A stretch of DNA of 60,454 bases, filler included, from Sluysia triapertura (lineage: Eukaryota): assembly GCA_046118255.1 (NCBI GenBank). It is 5 parts of 5 records of this genome, joined end to end, with 100 filler letters (N's around TTAATTAATTAA, not from the genome) between each part and the next. Parts side by side here need not be neighbours in the genome. Positions count along the whole stretch, not along the records: positions 49,112 to 60,454 come from JBJNIA010185768.1; 4 more parts are not named here. The stretch is one strand, 5' to 3'. The notes beneath the pieces were generated by a model that ran no database searches, was not told the origin of the DNA, and worked only from the letters and a program-made list of their open reading frames with translations. The position numbers and the translations under genes are program-made. This document shows, piece by piece, positions 53,174 to 60,454 of the stretch (position 1 is the first letter of the stretch; every line of letters starts with the position of its first letter).

Positions 53174-54300
53174 ATGATAAATAATGGGTTGTGCAAAATT
53201 GAATTATGTGTTTTTGATCGTCCTCTTCACGTGTTACACAAAATGAAGCTTTTGAAGAGATTTATCCAATCAATACAATAAATAATAATGATGGAAATGC
53301 ATAATTTAAAATACAAGCATTATATGTTGAGTTGAAAGTTACAAAATCCTGTGATACATATATACTTGATAAATCTGATGCTCTAGTAACAAATTACATG
53401 CTCTTGCGTTATTGAAAGATGTGATTTTATCTTTTAATAGTACTAAAGTTGAAGGTTAGAAAATATTTTAAATTATAGTCTTAAAACTAACTGCTATTGG
53501 ATACGATTGAAATAAAAGTTGTAGAATACAATGGATTGAGAAATCTAAACATTTACAATGTGTTTATTATAGTGCGATTTTTCAATCACCCAAAATATTT
53601 GATTCTAGGTGTAAATGTTTACTTGAAATTGCAAAGAATTAAATTAAGTTTTGCCTTGTATCTGATGCAGGTACTAGTAGTTGTAAATTTATTTTGAGAG
53701 ATGCAAAAAATACGTTAAAGTTGAGCCATTAGTCTTAGTTGAAAATCAATTAAGTGTAGAAAAATTAAATTCAATATATACAATTTGTCAAACAAAACTT
53801 GTAATGTATAAAATATCAAAAGTACAACTTCGATTTTATAATGATCACATTTTTGATGATTTACGATTACTGAAATTTGTTTTGTATACATATCAAACTA
53901 CAGGTACAATTAATGAAACTATTAAAAAGATGCATTGAGTTTTAAACCTAATAATGTCGAATCAATTAGTCTAAGTCGAAATACAGACTAGTGAAAACTT
54001 ATTCAGCATGCAGTATCGAAAAACTTGATGGTATGTATACAGTCGCTAAATCTTATTTACAATTAATTATTACAAATTTGGGATATCTTGATAAAAATAA
54101 AACAATGGAATAAAAATGGCTAATTTCAATTTAAAATGTCCTTTCTTTGTATTTGCATTTGCACAAGGTTTTTATACCGATCAGCAAGGAAATTAGAATT
54201 TAGATCTTAAATTTGCTAAAGGATTAGAAGAACCAACTGTTTTGATTTATGGTGTACTCGATAATGAAATTTAAATAAATAATAACCATCTAATTATATT
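53174..54300 (+). pseudogene. Polinton major capsid protein (double jelly-roll) pseudogene
   Basis: Colinear motifs CKIELCVFDRP, FEEIYPI, LYVELKVTK, ALLKDVILSFN, FFNHPKYLILGVNVYLKLQR, FFVFAF and GN*NLDLKFAKGLEEPTVLIYGVLDNEI*I match the recalled Polinton MCP consensus from CxKSELDLF to GNLRLEIHFA..VIVYAEFDNIIEI. Many stops and frameshifts. Confidence 0.85.
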
Positions 54301-54309
54301 ACACTTTTT

Positions 54310-54620
54310 GTTTTATTATAATTTAATTACTTCTTTGGAAATGAATTTAAATGTGTATACCCACTAGACATTTCATCATATTTGCATGAAGGTGGTTACA
54401 TTAAAAGTAATTTAAATGGTGAAAATTGGCTTTCAATTTATGTAAAACCTGAATTCAGTGATATATTTGATCTGTTTGGTTTTTATTATCCAAATTTATT
54501 AGTTAATCTGTAGATTTCAATAGACAAAAATTAAAAATATACTAACATATTGTGAGCAATTATCAATTTTTGTGTAAATAATTTTATTTAAATATAGCCT
54601 ACTTTTTATTTTCGGTAGAA
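54310..54620 (+). pseudogene. Polinton adenain-type cysteine protease pseudogene
   Basis: FKCVYPLD..GYI..NGENWLSIYVKPEFSDIFDLFG (54331-54510) matches GVFPxD..GEHWVAIY..EYFDSFG. The catalytic His reads Asn. Confidence 0.8.
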
Positions 54621-54639
54621 AAAAATTAATTTCGCTTTC

Positions 54640-55050
54640 ATTTATATATAAATAATTTGTTTTAATTATTACTTAAAGAATTGTGTATTATGAATGTGGA
54701 AGACTGATTTGTTCCAATTCATAATATATAAATTTCCACCAATTAAATGGAATGAATTGATTGAAAAAGCCAAACAACAAACAAGTATTTAATGAAACAT
54801 CAATTATATAACTTTTGTCAGAGACAAATCAAATTTAAATATATTAAACACAGAGTATTTTATATATTAGTGTAGAAAAGCATTAACATATGAAAAAGTT
54901 ACTTCCAGAGTTGAAAATACTTTTATATAATGTGACGTAAACATACTTAAAACACTACCAAAAGTATCATGTGTATATTCTGGTGATATTACTCATGAAT
55001 TTATACACAAAACACTAAACACTTACACACCTCGTAACATAATATATTAA
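54640..55050 (+). pseudogene. Decayed ORF after the protease, resembling an uncharacterised Polinton-associated protein
   Basis: Fragments LLLKELCIM, FPPIKWNEL and LKTLPKVSCVY..H recall a KELA..FKPPxxWxxL family. This is from memory only. Confidence 0.35.
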
Positions 55051-55992
55051 GTATTAGTAACATAAAATTTAAAAATTAATCAACAATAAAACTTCTATAA
55101 AAGCAACTTCTACTTTTCATAACTCACTTCCTCTCTTACTTTTCCTGACCTTCCAATTTTTTCTCTTGATTAACTTACATCCTTACCGGCAACGTTTATA
55201 GCACTTCTACATGAGTTTGATTTATTTATACTTTCTTCGTCTGCACAAAATCAATAAAGGCAAACAGGAATTATCTTATTCACCTTATTAGCACGATGCA
55301 AGCCTTCATATGGTATCTCGATTATTTAAAGAGTCTGTTGCTATCAACGAAATTTTATCAACTTTAAAACCCGGAATTTTGGAAATATTCACATTACACT
55401 AACTGCGTCAAAGGAAGTTGAATCAGAGATAGTTCACAAGTTATTTCTGCTTTGAAAGTTACATCTCTTAACTACCATTCAACAGTGAATATGGCTTTGT
55501 CAGGATCACAAGATTATACGATCGGAATATGTTCCTTAAGTAATGAAACGTATGAAAACGTTATTGAAGCTCATACAATAATGGTTATGGGAATTAGTTT
55601 TCAGCTGCTCATCGATATGTTTTACTTATAGCAGTTATGGTTTCTTGGCTTTTTCGGATATTGAAAATGGTAAAGTAGTTATACGAAATGAGAGTAAAAC
55701 AATCGAATGATAACTTAAATAAATTTACATGCACGAAATCACATTCGGATAGATTAAATTAAACAAGTGGTGCAGAAGGTAGTGAGATTATTATTCGGCA
55801 CTTTACACAAAACCATGAAGTCGCACTTTTGTCACATTCAACTTCAAAATCTGGAACATCCTTAACATTTCATGAAAATGTTTTCATTTTTCCACATGTG
55901 CATTATATGGAATTGTTAGATTATGGGATTTAAGAAAAGTATAGGAGTTTAAATCGTTCTCTCCTTAAATCGACAATAAAAGAATGATTATG

Positions 55993-56040
55993 GTGAGTTC
56001 ACCAACGCATTAGACTTTCCAGTTAGGGCTAGCCGTTGGA
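55993..56040 (+). repeat. Structured ~48-nt dispersed motif, copy B
   Basis: GTGAGTTCACCAACGCATTAGACTTTCCAGTTAGGGCTAGCCGTTGGA. Confidence 0.85.
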
Positions 56041-57149
56041 CTTTTAGAAGCAAATAAATGTAGAAAGCTTATAATTTAGATATTATAATTAAATAAATAT
56101 TCTCAAAATGCTTTACTGGGTTATTTTTGTAGTCCGTAAGAAAATATAATAGATTTTACGAAGAATCCGTTAAAAGGATTCACAAATGAAATAAATATTA
56201 CGACGTCTATGAAGCTAGACAATATGTAAAACTAATTTTGATTTTATTCTCTTTACAATGTATTTCTATCTGTAATAACAAAATTATAAAACAAAATTTT
56301 CAACCAGCTGTATTAATTTCAATGTCTTCTTTCCAAAAAGTCGTGATCGATGATGATAATAATGCTGCATTGCGAAATAGACAAACAACTTCTTACATTT
56401 ACGATTTAGTTAAATATTATCATTTAAAATGTTAATAGATAAAATAATTATCAAGTGGTTTATTAAATAGTGTATCCTTAATGATCATAGCAAGTATGTT
56501 AAAGATTATCATGATTCGTTTCATGTTAAAATGTTAACATTGTTTTAGCAAATATTATATATTTATTAACCATAATAATTATATTAAAAATTTTCATTAC
56601 AACCATAATAAAGATTTTCATAAAGTGTCTGTTTCAGTGTTCCAGTAATTATGCGATATTCAAGTTTATAAGCGAAAGACAATCAACTATTACCTTTACC
56701 AAAAGTTTAACAATGTTGACGACTCCACGAATAAGTCGAATTAAAAATTGATATTCGGAAAAAACTCGGTGAGATACTTCTTTTCTCTCTTAAATATCAA
56801 ATCACTCTGTATAGACCATCCGAAATTTACCTCAAAGTGTCAATCTATGTTCTAATATATCTGGCTGACAGATTATGTTTTTGTCCTTAACAAAGTAAGG
56901 AGTTATTTTTGTTACCTGTTTTCGTATCTTCTTGGCTTTTATCTCAAAAACAATTTGAAATTCGTCCGTGTACTTGTAAGTAAAATTATTTGTTATAGAT
57001 TGATAAATAAATTAGTTTTTACACTATATTTTAATTTATAAATTAATTCAATGTTTTGGTAAAGTTGAATTTGGTAAAGTGTATATATGGTTAAAACTTA
57101 GAATTAATTTTTGCATTAACTTTAATTGAAAATATTTTAAATACTTGTT

Positions 57150-58176
57150 TTAATATTTAGATCTTTTAATTTGTATTACAGTTAACCGAATGAATAAAAA
57201 TTTTGGTTTAAAAGAGAATAAACAACAACCATAAACATCTAAAATTTTATTAAAAATTTCTAAAATTAAAATGTTAATATTGAAATATTTTATTCTGCAT
57301 ATATCTTCTAATTGAGTCCATATTTCGTTACCTGAAGAACAATCATAATTATAATTATTATTATAATAAAAAGTAGTTATTACTTTATCAATTTTCGCTA
57401 TCAACTCATTTCGAGCACGTGTAGCTATCCACAACTCAATACTTTTGAACAGTTCTTTGATTTCAATTCGTTGACCTTATGCGCATATCGGCACTTTATT
57501 CTTCAGACAAATTCCAAGGTCATCTGCAGAATAGGGGGAAAATGCGATTACTTTAGTTATGTAATCTTCTTGTACAATGAAATTCGTTTCGTGGTGATCA
57601 ACATAGTTACGTTGAACTTTATAATCATCCTCATCATTATATTGTTTAACATATTTTAAGACATCTTTATTCTTCTTGATATTATCATTATAATCGTTAT
57701 CCACACAATGCTCGGTATAATCATTATCATCCTCATAATGGTTAGAATAGTTGTGTCCAACTTTAACTTTATAATTCTTATCATAACTGTTACCCTCTTT
57801 ACAATAGTTTATGTAATCATTATCATTTCTATAACGCTTGAAAGAGTTGTTATAATCTTTATCATTATGGTTATTGACATAATTATTATCGTTTATAGAA
57901 TTGTTTAACACATTCGGTATCGTTTTCAAAATGCTCGAGACATTTGTCATCATTCTTATCTTTATGATTCTTAACGTACTTATCATCCTCTTTATCTTTA
58001 TGATTTTTGACATCATCGTTATCATCTTTAAAACTATTAAAATACTCGTAGTTTTTATAATCTTTGAAATAAATGTCATCATTTTTATCTTTAAGGTATT
58101 CAATATCATCACCAACCTCTTTAAGTTCCTTGAGATTAAGATCATCAACTTTGTAGTAGTTAAAATTGCGTGACAT
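57150..58176 (-). pseudogene. Decayed ~340-codon intronless gene with an N-terminal D/N/Y/K-rich repeat region
   Basis: ORF 57886-58176 frameshifts near 57900 into 57477-58148, which is in frame with 57150-57434 across a single TAA. Confidence 0.6.
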
Positions 58177-58390
58177 TTCTTTTTTAGTTGTTTACCATTA
58201 ACAGTTGAGAGAATTATGAACTATAAAATTTTCGTATCAAATTAAAATTGTAAGTTTTTAAAAATTTTTTGAATTAAAATTAAAATTGTACTTGATTGGT
58301 TGTCAAATCAAAATCATTTAGAGGTATTAAGTGTGAAAATACAATCAGTTATTTCATTTCACTAATTCGAAAAATGACGTTATACTGTGA

Positions 58391-58462
58391 TGACTACCAT
58401 CATCAACATTGACAGGATTGTAATTGTAAAGCAAAAAATGTCGCTGTTGATGATGGCAGTTA
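58391..58462. repeat. 24-bp-stem hairpin, homolog of 3355-3424
   Basis: Arms TGACTACCATCATCAACATTGACA and TGTCGCTGTTGATGATGGCAGTTA; the loop contains ATTGTAATT. Confidence 0.7.
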
Positions 58463-60454
58463 CTCAGTTGATTGAGAACTGCTTTATTGAAATTTTATTT
58501 TAACTAAATTATGTTGAAAATGATGATAATAATAATAATAATAGTAATAACAAAGTATTATTATTATTAATCAAAAAATGCATAAATTTCTTTCGAATAT
58601 CTTTTTTACACGAGCTTTTCTTTTAAATCTTCATCTTTCTCGATATATTAAAGTTAAAACTAATGAAGAATAAAGGCTTAAAACTTAATATTTTGAAATA
58701 AAATGAATGTTTTATGTAGCTGTTAGAATATACTTTACTGTTCTTAAATTAATAATGTTTCAACTAAAGGTGTATTAGAATGTAGATGTTCACAAGGACT
58801 TTTAGATGCTGATTAATGTTTTTAAGTGGAAGTAAGAGATAAATATGGGAATGTTGAAATGTTTAAGATGATTGAAAATATGTAATAATTGTTTTTGAAT
58901 GTAGATGAAATTGAAATGTTTAAGATGAAAGAATGCAAAAATAAAATATTTCGAATGAATTTTTAATGTACTTTGATGGTTTAAGACGTTATTGTAATTT
59001 GGATATTGCGAGATGTTGGATAAATATTCTCAATGGATCGCTTACTGTGAATTGATGATATTCTTTGTTATGAGATTGTAGACTTGAGGTGTTTTGAAAA
59101 GTGAAATTTTATTTTTTGTGGATTTGAAAGAAATAAGATATAAAACAATTGTGATAAATTTTACAAGGTCGTGCTATGTTGTTAAAGGGTATGATTTTAG
59201 TTATAATGGATTGGTTTTAAATAGGTTTAAAATGTGTAGTGTATATTTTGATGATTTTGATATGTTTGAGATAGGATTTTTGTAAAAGTTATTAAGGTTA
59301 GTAAGTTGGCCACCACAAATGTAACTGTTTATTTGTAAATAAGACTCTTTATAAATATGTTATAACTTCAACTAAATTTTTCTTAAATAAAAGGATACGT
59401 TTTATTTCAATTAAACTTGATTTTATAATCATTCATAGCCCTATTCGCAATTTTAACAATAACATAACCCAAAATATTTTTTTGCATCATAACAGTCATT
59501 GTGTCTACATTATTTCACGTAAAAATAGTTTATATAAAATTTTTATAATTCTTGTAATAATAAATACTTATAAATACTTATCAAAATTTATATTACTAAA
59601 GTTTATAAGTAAACTTCTATAATTTTAGTCATCAAATTTATTTTAAAATCAATTTTTATCAATAATATACTATTTACAATAGAGCATACTGCATTATTGA
59701 TAAAAATTAAGTATAAAAGACTAATTATTAGACTAATTATTAAAATAAAATTAAACTAGTATGTCTTAGTAATTTAATTAATTTATTTATTAAAACAATG
59801 TTCTTTCTAAACGCTTTGACATACTTTATAGTAAATTTTTGTATTTTCTAAATTAACATAAAGCGTCGCTATTTTACGAAATTTGAAGACGTATGTATTT
59901 TTATACAAAATAAAACAACTCCTAAACAAACACATCATTTTTTATCAAATTTTCACCTGATTTTAATAAATAGATAAACTTTTTTAGACATTTTTGCTTC
60001 TGTAAATTTTTCTATAAAGCCTATGTTAATGCGAGCCGGTGTTTAAAGTGTTAATATATTAAAATTATCATAAAATTTGGTTTATTATTAAACTAAAACA
60101 AAATGAAACTGATGTTCCTTAATAATTTTATGTAACATCCAATAATTATCTTAAATGTAAGATTGTAAGAATCCTGGTTGTAAGGTTTGCAATAGTAGTA
60201 ATTTAGGATGTAAAACGAGAAATATAGCACAATACTGAAATGCATAGAATAAAAAGTTGAAAGAAGTGTATGTGTTTAAAATTGGAGATGATTTTGAGCC
60301 ATCATAAAAAATTATTTAAATTTAATTGTAATTATTTTTATCGAAAAGGATTCAAAGATAAAAACAGGAATAAATACGTAGTGGTCAACTTTTATAACTT
60401 AAGATTAAAATAAATCTCACTAAAAAAATAACCTTACTAACAGCTATACTCTGT

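Larger units (their letters stand above)
51820..55050 (+). mobile_element. Fossil Polinton/Maverick (adintovirus-like) virion morphogenesis module
   Basis: Co-oriented remnants of minor capsid, major capsid, cysteine protease and a further ORF, in the order typical of invertebrate Polintons. No pPolB or TIR recognised. Confidence 0.8.

Noticed and set aside
57471-58173. Plus-strand Ile-rich membrane-like ORFs
   Set aside because: Antisense shadows of the D/N/K-rich minus-strand gene. The same applies to 25274, 25515, 18203, 20468 and most short F/I/L/N/K-rich ORFs in the track.

Overview
Very AT-rich eukaryotic DNA. It is probably a flatworm, inferred from the Asn/Ser-rich insertions in conserved proteins and candidate 31-33 nt introns. 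The window is not contiguous: five ~12 kb contigs are joined by four artificial 100-bp spacers (N44-TTAATTAATTAA-N44). Host genes are partial: four exons of Integrator subunit 8 (INTS8, +), three exons of a MASK/ANKHD1-ANKRD17 ankyrin gene (-), one XPF/ERCC4 exon (+) and two exons of an unknown gene antisense to MASK. The rest is largely decayed mobile DNA: hAT MITEs, pogo, mariner, a piggyBac end, L2-type LINE 3' ends, LTRs and a tRNA-derived repeat. Highlights: (1) a fossil Polinton/Maverick virion module at ~51.8-55.0 kb (minor capsid, major capsid, adenain-type protease, extra ORF) that the ORF track largely misses; (2) a recurring unannotated module (G-poor segment, covarying ~24-bp hairpin, CCAAT-like box, cargo gene) on three contigs, including a decayed paralogous gene family with a CCCH-like finger; (3) a three-copy ~48-nt structured motif pairing a splice donor with a U1-like anti-donor just downstream of AATAAA; (4) a tRNA-like unit that also occurs as a head-to-tail junction. 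All homology calls come from reading the sequence and recalling family motifs; no searches were run.
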